DNA of 33,924 nt from the IMG/VR virus record IMGVR_UViG_3300011337_000065, positions 1 to 33,924 of that record. One strand, given 5' to 3'. The notes below the pieces were generated by a model, which worked only from the letters and a program-made list of their open reading frames with translations, was not told where the DNA came from and did not search any database. Within the stretch, counting starts at the first letter, position 1. Each line of letters opens with the position of its first letter. The DNA is from a virus. Its lineage: Duplodnaviria > Caudoviricetes. Made by a program: the position numbers and the translations under genes. This document shows positions 1 through 7,965 of the stretch, piece after piece.

Positions 1-182
1 TGTGCGATCTCGCTGGCTGTTAGTTCTTCCAAGGTGAAATGTGGTGTGAGATGCACGTCTTGCTCCTCATGTCTGCGAGTGTCTCACCAGTGCGGCCACC
101 AAAGTAGGCCAAGAAAATGATCTGTCCCCACTGGCCAAGCAGCTGGACATAGGATTCCTGAGCGTTGTAGCCGAAGGCTGAC
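1..182. repeat. Terminal direct repeat (left copy), probable circular-assembly overlap
   Basis: Bases 1-182 align ungapped to 33743-33924, with mismatches at left-copy positions 2, 53, 57, 81, 87 and 162. Confidence 0.95.
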
Positions 183-463
183 ATGGCTGTGAAGATAAAG
201 TAGGCCACGAAGATGGCAATTAGGGCCATAGGGCGAATATTTTTAGACAGCCAAGAGTCTGACCCCATGTCTGCTGTCCAGCGGTCTGTGGTGTTCTGCT
301 GCTCCACCTCAAACAGTTTGGTGTCGTTGGCCATCTTTGCCAGCTCACCATCCTGTGCCAGCTTGGTCAGCTCCAGTTGCGCTTTGGCTTTGGCCTCTGG
401 GTCAGGGATGAGCTTGTCGATGAGCTTGCCGCCCACGTTTAGAAGTGCGTCGATTCCAATCAT
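53..463 (-). CDS. Holin of 3-TM type (DUF3154 / GTA holin-like)
   Basis: MIGIDALLNVGGKLIDKLIPDPEAKAKAQLEL...SDSWLSKNIRP...YFGGRT is typical of this family, and the gene lies directly upstream of the endolysin. The right-end repeat copy supplies the stop (RSKK-TGA) at the position equivalent to 53-55, so the ORF-track extension to base 20 is likely an end error. Confidence 0.8.
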
Positions 464-464
464 C

Positions 465-614
465 TTAAAGTCCAATCATTCCAAGAAGTTTATCTACAAT
501 TTTCTTTGCCAATTCGTCAGGCAAGTATTTAAGCAGACCAAGCACCCACCAAACCACGCACAGGCGCACGAAGATTTTGAGGAATTGATCAAATTGCTTT
601 TGGTACTCATTCAT
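465..614 (-). CDS. Small membrane protein, 49 aa (not in ORF track)
   Basis: Hand translation gives MNEYQKQFDQFLKIFVRLCVVWWVLGLLKYLPDELAKKIVDKLLGMIGL*. It has an ATGA overlap with the upstream gene and fills the gap up to the holin start. Confidence 0.7.
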   Translation of the reverse strand: MNEYQKQFDQFLKIFVRLCVVWWVLGLLKYLPDELAKKIVDKLLGMIGL

Positions 615-1105
615 CGCCCACAGCGCGTCTTAGCGCACAACTCAGAAACCTCATTGATTCCCCAGCCAATAGCGCCAATGAGCATCACGATCACGACAAT
701 CGCAACTGCCCACTCCAGCTGCTCGGCCTCTGCCTCTTTGCGTTTTTTTTCATCTGCCTTGGCTTGACGGGCTAAATGGGCATCTTCAATGTCCATTTGT
801 TGCTGGCGCTCTTTGATCTTCTGCCACACATCAGCGCGGCCAGTAGCCTGAAATAGCATCATCAATTCGGCCTCAAAACGCTTGGCCTCATCGAGCGCCA
901 TCTCGATTTGTAAGGCAGTACCAAGATTTGATTTGTTGCCAGAACGCTTGGCTTCCACCATTGCTTTGGTGGCCACGCTCTTAGCGTCAAACATCTTGGC
1001 AATAGACGGTGCTAAACCAGCCAGATCGTTTGCTACCTTGCTGGCTTTTTTGACTATGCTGATTGCACTTTGTAGACCTGCTAGGGCTGTAATTGGATCA
1101 ATCAT
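611..1105 (-). CDS. Hypothetical coiled-coil protein with C-terminal transmembrane helix
   Basis: Starts MIDPITALAG at an ATGA overlap. TM segment WAVAIVVIVMLIGAIGWGI. Confidence 0.75.
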   Translation of the reverse strand: MIDPITALAGLQSAISIVKKASKVANDLAGLAPSIAKMFDAKSVATKAMVEAKRSGNKSNLGTALQIEMALDEAKRFEAELMMLFQATGRADVWQKIKERQQQMDIEDAHLARQAKADEKKRKEAEAEQLEWAVAIVVIVMLIGAIGWGINEVSELCAKTRCGR

Positions 1106-1242
1106 TTTCGCTCTACCTTTTTCCACTCAAGGCATACTACTTTGCGATTAAAAACATCACCCGTCCATGCCCAACGAACGCACCGATATTCAGTTGATGA
1201 GGCTTGCGATAGCATTAAAGCAATCGCAAGTCCATATTTCAA
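1102..1242 (-). CDS. Small signal-peptide-like protein with two Cys (about 46 aa, probable TTG start)
   Basis: MKYGLAIALMLSQASSTEYRCVRWAW...VVCLEWKK. The TTG overlaps the upstream TGA and the stop overlaps the downstream ATG. Confidence 0.5.
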   Translation of the reverse strand: MKYGLAIALMLSQASSTEYRCVRWAWTGDVFNRKVVCLEWKKVERK

Positions 1243-1454
1243 TGTTTCCAATAACTCAGGAAGTAACCGACTACGGCAGAAGCACCAGATACCACAGTCA
1301 TTCCAAACCAAAGTCCTCCACGACCTTTGTTGGCCAGCGCCACCAGTTCTTCAAGCTGGCGCTCAACCTTGTCCATCTTCTTGTCCATGTCCTGAACTTT
1401 TTGCCAGAGCACACCATACTTGACAAGGTCGATCTCGTTTCCTTCTACTGCCAT
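1239..1454 (-). CDS. Small coiled-coil + C-terminal TM protein (XhlA/holin-like, lysis-associated)
   Basis: GGAGA RBS before the ATG at 1454. Coiled coil VQDMDKKMDKVERQLEEL is followed by hydrophobic GLWFGMTVVSGASAVVGYFL. Confidence 0.65.
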   Translation of the reverse strand: MAVEGNEIDLVKYGVLWQKVQDMDKKMDKVERQLEELVALANKGRGGLWFGMTVVSGASAVVGYFLSYWKH

Positions 1455-1471
1455 AACGTCAGTCTCCAACA

Positions 1472-1825
1472 TTAAAGGCCTTGGCCTGGCGTGATGTAGA
1501 CGGTGGCTGCCGCACTGGACAGGCCGCTGAAGTAGGTGTCGATGTTGAAACGCAGGATTTCAACTGCACCAGGCAACAGCACGATAGCCGCTGAAGGCGT
1601 ACCGGCCACAGGAGCAACAGCATTAGCCGTAGCCTCTGCTGCACTTACGCCAGTGCCCAAGAATACGGTTGTAGAGCCTGCGTTGATGAAACGATACTGG
1701 CCTGCATTTTGTGGATCAAACTTGGCGTAGACAGGCGCTTGAATGCCAGTAGGTGCAGATGCGGCTGCTGCCACTACAATGGTCTTGCCAAGTGGAGCAA
1801 ATGCGATTTGTGAATTACCGGCCAT
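1472..1825 (-). CDS. Hypothetical beta-rich protein, possibly virion-associated
   Basis: 117-aa ORF with AGGAG RBS, tightly packed in the late operon. Confidence 0.7.
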   Translation of the reverse strand: MAGNSQIAFAPLGKTIVVAAAASAPTGIQAPVYAKFDPQNAGQYRFINAGSTTVFLGTGVSAAEATANAVAPVAGTPSAAIVLLPGAVEILRFNIDTYFSGLSSAAATVYITPGQGL

Positions 1826-1826
1826 T

Positions 1827-2072
1827 TCAGACTCCTTGTGCAGCGATGGCTGCTTGATATGCTGCGATTACTTCAGCAGTGTGTGTTGCCGCACAGATGG
1901 CTTGAACACGAGCATCCTCATCAGCGTAGTCAGCGCCAGGCACAACAACGTGGCGGTTGAACGTGCCACTGATCTGTTTTCCATCTTCCATGATGGCGGT
2001 CTTGGTGCGAACTTGCACACATCCGTTTTCGATCACTTCGATGCGGTCAACGATTTCAATTTTCTCAAGCAT
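1827..2072 (-). CDS. Small tail-fibre-associated protein
   Basis: 81-aa ORF with AGGAG RBS. IVDRIEVIENGCVQVRTKT...RHVVVPG resembles small genes I recall downstream of phage tail fibres. Confidence 0.65.
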   Translation of the reverse strand: MLEKIEIVDRIEVIENGCVQVRTKTAIMEDGKQISGTFNRHVVVPGADYADEDARVQAICAATHTAEVIAAYQAAIAAQGV

Positions 2073-2115
2073 GATGCTCTCCTAGTATTGCCCAAGAATC
2101 CACTTGGGCTTTGGT

Positions 2116-2373
2116 TTAACAATCGGTTGCGCCAGCGAATTCTGGCTGCGTTTTCAAGTGTTCATATGCTTGCTTGAGTGGGTTTTCACCATTCACATCA
2201 TATGCACAATCAAACAAATATTCGGCAAAAAATGGCAATGTCTGTCCATCAACATGGCTGTAAACATTGAATTGCATAGCGGTCTTGCCTGCAATGCGTA
2301 TTGCCTCAACACGATGGTATGCGTTGGTGGCGGTGAAACCTTGTGGAGTGGTGACTGTTTTTTGGAGGGCCAT
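2116..2373 (-). CDS. Small tailspike/fibre-associated protein
   Basis: 85-aa ORF with AAGGA RBS, immediately downstream of the tailspike. Confidence 0.65.
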   Translation of the reverse strand: MALQKTVTTPQGFTATNAYHRVEAIRIAGKTAMQFNVYSHVDGQTLPFFAEYLFDCAYDVNGENPLKQAYEHLKTQPEFAGATDC

Positions 2374-2384
2374 GATTTTTCCTT

Positions 2385-4148
2385 TTAAACTTCTTCAATT
2401 GCTACAGACCAATTGGTTGTAAACGTTCCAGTTGCAGTCCAGTTTGCGTTACTTGTAGAGATAAGGCCTAGTCGAATAGCAGAGTTAGAAACAGAATAGT
2501 TGCCTACTCCAACATTTTCGCCAGCAGAATTGGTAAATGATCCTGTTCCACTTCCTACTGTGGAAAGAGCAACAGGTGTTCTTGCGTAAGGATAACGATA
2601 AGTAATTGGACTACTTATTGTCGTTTTAGTTCCTGATGCAGCTGTCAAATCCACAGTAGCTGATTGACGCATCATTCGTTGCGGCACATTCTGATAATGG
2701 TTGCCTTGAGGAACGTGCAAGTAAGTACCGGCTGGAAAGTTGCTAATGTTGTCAACCACAATGGCTTGAGAGTACGCAGCCCCACTGTTCACGTTGGTTC
2801 TGAGAACGCTACCCATTGCATTCACATCAGCCCTGACACCATCAATGTAGATGTTGACGTTGACAATTGAACCATCGTTGACAACCTTCATGAAATCAGT
2901 ACCAGCAGACAAAGATGGTGCTTTGATATAGCAGTTTTCAACGATCAAGCTAAGCGCTTCATCTGTTGCTGAATTGATAGCACTACTGTTTCCACCAACA
3001 TCAATTATTCCGCGCCCACTTGGATTAGGGTCGCCAGCGGTCAGCAGTTTGCTGTTGCGAACGTACAGCATCCCACCTTTAATTTCACCAGCGTAAATAA
3101 CCGATCCGTTGCTCTGTGCAGTGATGGTGCAGTTGTCATAACCATTGTCCATGCCAGCCCAGCCAGCACCGTTGTAGATGGTGCAGTCTTGGTAGTAACA
3201 GTCTTGCATATTTCCATGCATGTCTGCGGAGTACACGCCAGACAGAATGTCGTTGCTGATTGTTGCGCCAATAACACGCATGTCGCGGTTCGTAACAGCA
3301 CAGATGTAGTCACCTCCACCAATAGTGATGCCGTGTCTGCGTGCGTAGTAGTCTCCACCAATAACACGGAATTTTTGACAGTTGCTAAAAAGCAAACCAT
3401 AGTCATCTAATGTGCCAGTGCCTTTGTTGTAGATGTAGCAGTTGGTGACTTCGGAGTTGTAGCAACGGTCGAATTCAATGCCCTGATAGTCTTCGTTGTA
3501 GACGGACACATTCTCCAATTTTGCTTGTTCGCAAAACTGAATCTTGAGCAAACCAAAAGTGTTCGCGCCACCAACCAATCGCAAGTTGCGGAAAGAAACC
3601 GCCTTGCTTTCCAACTTGTACACCGTTGTGGTTGCTGGTGTGTAGCTGTCGTACAGCGGATTTGTTATAGTTGCAGCTGATCCAGCAACACCTTTGACCT
3701 GACACCACTCACCCTTGTAGTAATACGGTCTGCTAGTCAACCACGGGTCGGTATCGTAAATGCAGAAAACATCATCGATCGCCAAAGATGGCGCTGATGC
3801 AAATGTGACTGTCAATCCATAAATGGATGCTGACGAGATGTTTTGAATTTGCGTCAGTGCGCCACTGACCGTGATACAAGAAGACCCAGTAATCGTTGCT
3901 GCGCTGAAGTCAAGAATCGACTTATCGCCATCGCCAAACATGTTGAGGTGGCCTGTGCTTGTCAGTGCGCTGCCGATAACGTAAGTGCCAGCAGGAACGT
4001 AGATGGCCTGCCCTGTTGATGCAACAGCAGCAATTGCCAAAGCAAATGCCGCCTGATCATTTGTGACACCGTTGCCAACAGCGCCAAAGTCTTTGACGTT
4101 TACTGGCGCTCCAGTAATCATTGAATAAGATGCTTTAGTCAAAGCCAT
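2385..4148 (-). CDS. Tailspike / polysaccharide depolymerase (pectate-lyase-like beta-helix)
   Basis: N-terminal VNVKDFGAVGNGVTND...IYVPAGTY motif followed by Asn/Cys-ladder beta-helix repeats. Confidence 0.85.
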   Translation of the reverse strand: MALTKASYSMITGAPVNVKDFGAVGNGVTNDQAAFALAIAAVASTGQAIYVPAGTYVIGSALTSTGHLNMFGDGDKSILDFSAATITGSSCITVSGALTQIQNISSASIYGLTVTFASAPSLAIDDVFCIYDTDPWLTSRPYYYKGEWCQVKGVAGSAATITNPLYDSYTPATTTVYKLESKAVSFRNLRLVGGANTFGLLKIQFCEQAKLENVSVYNEDYQGIEFDRCYNSEVTNCYIYNKGTGTLDDYGLLFSNCQKFRVIGGDYYARRHGITIGGGDYICAVTNRDMRVIGATISNDILSGVYSADMHGNMQDCYYQDCTIYNGAGWAGMDNGYDNCTITAQSNGSVIYAGEIKGGMLYVRNSKLLTAGDPNPSGRGIIDVGGNSSAINSATDEALSLIVENCYIKAPSLSAGTDFMKVVNDGSIVNVNIYIDGVRADVNAMGSVLRTNVNSGAAYSQAIVVDNISNFPAGTYLHVPQGNHYQNVPQRMMRQSATVDLTAASGTKTTISSPITYRYPYARTPVALSTVGSGTGSFTNSAGENVGVGNYSVSNSAIRLGLISTSNANWTATGTFTTNWSVAIEEV

Positions 4149-4157
4149 TTTTGTTCC

Positions 4158-5057
4158 TTATGTGAAATAAGTCATTTGGTAAGCGAGTGTCCCTGATGCT
4201 GCAACAGAACCAACAGAAACATATTGTGTTGACACCGCGCTACCAAAACACGTTGGCAAACAGTAGGATGTGCTTGGTGCTGCAAAAATTCCAACAGATG
4301 TTCTTGCTGCTGTTAATGTAAACCCATCAAAATAACCGACTGCCCCAGAACTTCCAGCTCCAACCGTACCCTCAACAGCATAGGGAAGGCCGCCAAATCC
4401 AACGTTGCCTGAGCCGCCAGAAAAAGCAGACCAGCCCATGTAAACAGTGATTGTGACAAGTCGTCCAACTTTGGTGTAGACACCGCGCTGCAAGGAATAG
4501 GTGACCGTTGGGTTTGTTGTTGTGCCCACCAGCGTAGGTGTCCAAGTGCCTTCTTCGTAGTCAGCCAGCAACTCGCTGGTCACGCCAGGCGCTGCTGGGT
4601 TGATTGAAAAGTCGATGCCTTTGCCTGCTGTACCCATGACTAGGTTGCCAGTGGATAAAGAGACGTTTCCGACCAATGTCGGAGCAGTTGCAAGCACGTT
4701 ATTTCCAGTGCCTGTGTTTGTCACGCTGACAATGTTTTTGCTGGCATCCAGCGCCAGTGCAGTGGATGCAGTCAGGCCAGAGAGGGTGCTAGTGCCAGAT
4801 ACAGATAAATCAACTCCATTCAGATTTGCACCACCTTCTACGCGCTGCCAAGCACTTCCGTTGTAGGCTGCCCAGTCACCTACACCCCAATTGCTGATGC
4901 CGTCGAGAGCTGTAGCACCTGCCACGCTGACAACATAGTAATCACCTTTTGTTCCGACACCAGATGCCAGTGTTGGAGTGTTTGTGGTGGCATTCCATGT
5001 GCCTTTGTAATTCAATGCACCAATGGAATTGGTAATTGATGAAACTGTTTTTAGCAT
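4158..5057 (-). CDS. Tail fibre-like protein
   Basis: G/T/S-rich. N-terminal YKGTWNA...GDYYVVSVAG...GDW module and C-terminal DYEEGTWTPTL...YTKVGRLVT fibre-tip module. Confidence 0.75.
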   Translation of the reverse strand: MLKTVSSITNSIGALNYKGTWNATTNTPTLASGVGTKGDYYVVSVAGATALDGISNWGVGDWAAYNGSAWQRVEGGANLNGVDLSVSGTSTLSGLTASTALALDASKNIVSVTNTGTGNNVLATAPTLVGNVSLSTGNLVMGTAGKGIDFSINPAAPGVTSELLADYEEGTWTPTLVGTTTNPTVTYSLQRGVYTKVGRLVTITVYMGWSAFSGGSGNVGFGGLPYAVEGTVGAGSSGAVGYFDGFTLTAARTSVGIFAAPSTSYCLPTCFGSAVSTQYVSVGSVAASGTLAYQMTYFT

Positions 5058-5067
5058 TGCTTTCTCC

Positions 5068-5559
5068 TTAGATCAGGAACTCGATGATCGAGGTTAATGG
5101 TGGCGCTTCTGAGAATGTGACATTCCCACCGGCAAGTGTGTATGTGTTTTGATTCTGGTACACGCCATTGATATAGATCAGGCTTGGCACAAATGGAACG
5201 GCAAAAATTGTTTGTGATCCTGTGCCTGTTGCGTTGACATAGAGATTGCCAGCCGAGCCTGGGAAAGCATTGCCATTGAGCGAGGTGTAGACCACGCTGC
5301 CTTTGCTGTCCAGAACTTGGATGCTGTAGTCGTCTATCACGTAAAAACGAGCAGGCGTTCCATTGCGCGATGGGTAACCGTTGAGCGTGCGAATTGGCTG
5401 AGGTGCAGGAATTGTCTGTGCATCATCCCAATAAACTGCAATTGGATTGACTTGTGGAGACAGATTGACCACGCCAATCCAGATGTAACCATTCTCCAGC
5501 GGCTGGCCATCAGCGCCAGCAAATGCTGGATACGGTGGTTTGACTTCAATCGTGGACAT
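5068..5559 (-). CDS. Stand-alone P22-type tailspike head-binding (anchor) protein
   Basis: PYPAF...GQPLENGYIWIG...P..NPIAVY...QPIRTLNGYP..NG...YSIQVLDSKG resembles the P22 gp9 head-binding domain. It is only 163 aa and has no catalytic domain. Confidence 0.75.
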   Translation of the reverse strand: MSTIEVKPPYPAFAGADGQPLENGYIWIGVVNLSPQVNPIAVYWDDAQTIPAPQPIRTLNGYPSRNGTPARFYVIDDYSIQVLDSKGSVVYTSLNGNAFPGSAGNLYVNATGTGSQTIFAVPFVPSLIYINGVYQNQNTYTLAGGNVTFSEAPPLTSIIEFLI

Positions 5560-7965
5560 TTATTTGTTCTCCTGGTCGAATTGGCGCTCGGCTTGGGTTG
5601 CTGTTTGCAACCATTGAATTCTTGCATCCAATGCTTTAGGCAGTTTAGCTGCGTCTGCGAATTTCTGGAAGGATTGTGACATGGCTGTGCGACGAATACT
5701 AGCTGCGCTTGGTGTTCCCTTGGTCGCAGCTTCAATGGCAAGTTGCTGGAATCCCTCATCAGCAAACAGCTTTCCTGCTGCTTTGAGTGAATCCTTGTTG
5801 CCCTGAGTCATGGCTCCGGTGATCACCGATGTGGCTGCGGCTGCGATTGGGCCACCCATTGCGGCTGCACCAGTCAATGCGCCTTTGGCCAGCGTGCTCT
5901 CCATGACCTTACCAATCAGGCTTTCGGCCTGCATGCCTTGCAACAGTGCTTGGTTTGCCTTGCCGGTGGTCAGGACATTGGCTCTGGCCTCTGTGACGCG
6001 CTTGGATACCTCATACAGGTCTCGAAGCACATCAGCTGAGTCTTTGCCAAGAGTTTCCACGATGGTCTTGTAGACTGGTGGGTTGGCACGTAGCTTGGGG
6101 TAGATGTCAGCAAACTCTGAGAATCCGAATCCACCCTTTTCAGCACCTCTGGCCGAACGTGTGACGGATGCCAGTGCAGTGGCAATTGTTTCTTTGCGCA
6201 GGTCTTCTGGAACGGTCTTGAGCAGGCGATTGAACTCGCCAGCATCGCCCTTGGCTGCGCCTGTGATGGCGGTGCGCATCTTGTTGGCCACGCTTCCCTC
6301 GATGTCTTGGCCAAACGCATTCACAATGCGATTGCCCAAGGCACGCTCTTTGGCATACAGCAGGTTGGCCGCACGCAGTTGCTGGCGCAGTTCTTCTCCA
6401 CCAATGTTGCCCACGTTTGTCAGTTGGTCGTCAGCGAGTGCCGCATACAGGCGCTTGAGGTCTGCCTCGGCCATGCTGCCGTAGGGTGACTCCATCTTAT
6501 TGATGGCATTGCCAATCAAGGTTTTCTCGCGCTTGAGTCGGCCATACGTGATGTTGCCTTCTTCGATCATCTTGGCCAGATTGCGCTCGGCTGCCGACAT
6601 GCCTTTCTCGCCCACCTCAGCTTTGACGGTGTCAAGGGTTGCTTTGAGTTTTGGCAGTTCCACCACCGATGTTTTTGGCACCACTTCATCGACTGCGTTG
6701 TAGACCTTGCTTGCCTGAGCATTGAGGTCTGAACGAGTCGCTGTCAGCGAGTCTTTGATCTTTTGCGATACCACGCCTGGTGCGACTGCGCCTTCGACAA
6801 ATGTGGCATCGAATTGCTTGATCACATCGTCGGCCTTGTCCACAGCCTGTGTGACGGTGTTGCGCCATGTGGCTTCTGCTTCACTGCCTGCGGCTGATCT
6901 GGTCAGGCCTGCGGCTGCTCTGACTTGTGGGTTGTCGCTGAACACATCGGCAGGCAGTTTGATACCAAGCCTGTCGGCTGCTTCTTTGGCTGCCACATTA
7001 ACTTGTGCAAGATCAGCCAGCCGATCACGTGCGCCAGCCGAGCCGAATCCTGTGCCGGATGCCTTCTTGACCAAATTGCCAACTTCTTCCTCGGTCACCT
7101 CTGCGACGATTGGTGCAGTTGGTGCGACTGGAATCTCTAGTGCAACTGGTGCTACTTCTGGCATTGCTGCTGGAGGCGCTTCTGGTGCAGTGGGTGGTGT
7201 TTCTGGTGCAGTAGCAATTGGCGGTGTCTTTGGGGCTATTGCTGTGCCCATTGGAGCGCCTGGTGCGCCTGCTGCTGGTGCAGGTGCTGGCGCTTTGCCT
7301 GTGACGCGCTGTACGCCCTTTTTGACCGCTTGGACGACCGGAGGTGCCACGCGCTGCAAAATCTGCCCTGCTGGGCCTGTTGCGGCTGCTGTGACCACCT
7401 CGCCAGTGTCGAACTTGCCACCAGTACCAGCTTGGGTTGCTTCGATGGCCGCTTGGGTTGCACCACCGGCCATGATCGCACCAGGAATGGTTGCGGCTCG
7501 TCCTGCTGGTGTGAAGGCTGCAATGCCACCAGCTGCGCGTGGAATGTCACCCATTGTGAAGCCTGGTGGGATGGCATACTCTTTTTGATCTACCGATGAT
7601 CGCAGTAAGTAGTTACCCTTAGCGTCTTGTCGAATCTGAACACCAGGGAAGTTGGCTTGCAGAATCTGCACCGTTTCCTTGGGATTGCTCAGGAGTGTGC
7701 CAAGAGCTGTCTTGAACGATGCCACACTCATTTGATTGAGTTCAGGCATGCTTGTCCACTCTGGAAGTGCTTGGGTCTCAGGCGTTGCGCGTGCGCGGCC
7801 AGTGACTTGCTCGACAAGACCCTCAAAAAATCCCATTGGCTTTGGCTGTGATGCCGCCCATTGCTCTGGAGACATTGGAGCCGCAGCTGGTGCTGTGGCC
7901 GTAGGTGCAGGGACTGCTGGTGCAGCCTGCTTAGTCTGTGATGCCAACCATTCTTCTGGACTCAT
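5560..7965 (-). CDS. Large DNA-ejection (internal virion) protein, P22 gp16 position
   Basis: 801 aa, Ala-rich and helical. Third of three ejection-type genes, located just before the tailspike anchor. Confidence 0.7.
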   Translation of the reverse strand: MSPEEWLASQTKQAAPAVPAPTATAPAAAPMSPEQWAASQPKPMGFFEGLVEQVTGRARATPETQALPEWTSMPELNQMSVASFKTALGTLLSNPKETVQILQANFPGVQIRQDAKGNYLLRSSVDQKEYAIPPGFTMGDIPRAAGGIAAFTPAGRAATIPGAIMAGGATQAAIEATQAGTGGKFDTGEVVTAAATGPAGQILQRVAPPVVQAVKKGVQRVTGKAPAPAPAAGAPGAPMGTAIAPKTPPIATAPETPPTAPEAPPAAMPEVAPVALEIPVAPTAPIVAEVTEEEVGNLVKKASGTGFGSAGARDRLADLAQVNVAAKEAADRLGIKLPADVFSDNPQVRAAAGLTRSAAGSEAEATWRNTVTQAVDKADDVIKQFDATFVEGAVAPGVVSQKIKDSLTATRSDLNAQASKVYNAVDEVVPKTSVVELPKLKATLDTVKAEVGEKGMSAAERNLAKMIEEGNITYGRLKREKTLIGNAINKMESPYGSMAEADLKRLYAALADDQLTNVGNIGGEELRQQLRAANLLYAKERALGNRIVNAFGQDIEGSVANKMRTAITGAAKGDAGEFNRLLKTVPEDLRKETIATALASVTRSARGAEKGGFGFSEFADIYPKLRANPPVYKTIVETLGKDSADVLRDLYEVSKRVTEARANVLTTGKANQALLQGMQAESLIGKVMESTLAKGALTGAAAMGGPIAAAATSVITGAMTQGNKDSLKAAGKLFADEGFQQLAIEAATKGTPSAASIRRTAMSQSFQKFADAAKLPKALDARIQWLQTATQAERQFDQENK

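Noticed and set aside
20-52. C-terminal extension (TCISHHISPWKN) of the holin ORF in the ORF track
   Set aside because: The right-end repeat copy has an in-frame TGA overlapping the endolysin GTG. The mismatches lie in the contig-end overlap and look like low-coverage base errors, not read-through or a pseudogene.
1-182. Terminal repeat as a biological DTR or att site
   Set aside because: It cuts through the holin and endolysin coding sequences and no integrase is present, so an assembly overlap of a circularly permuted genome is the simpler explanation.
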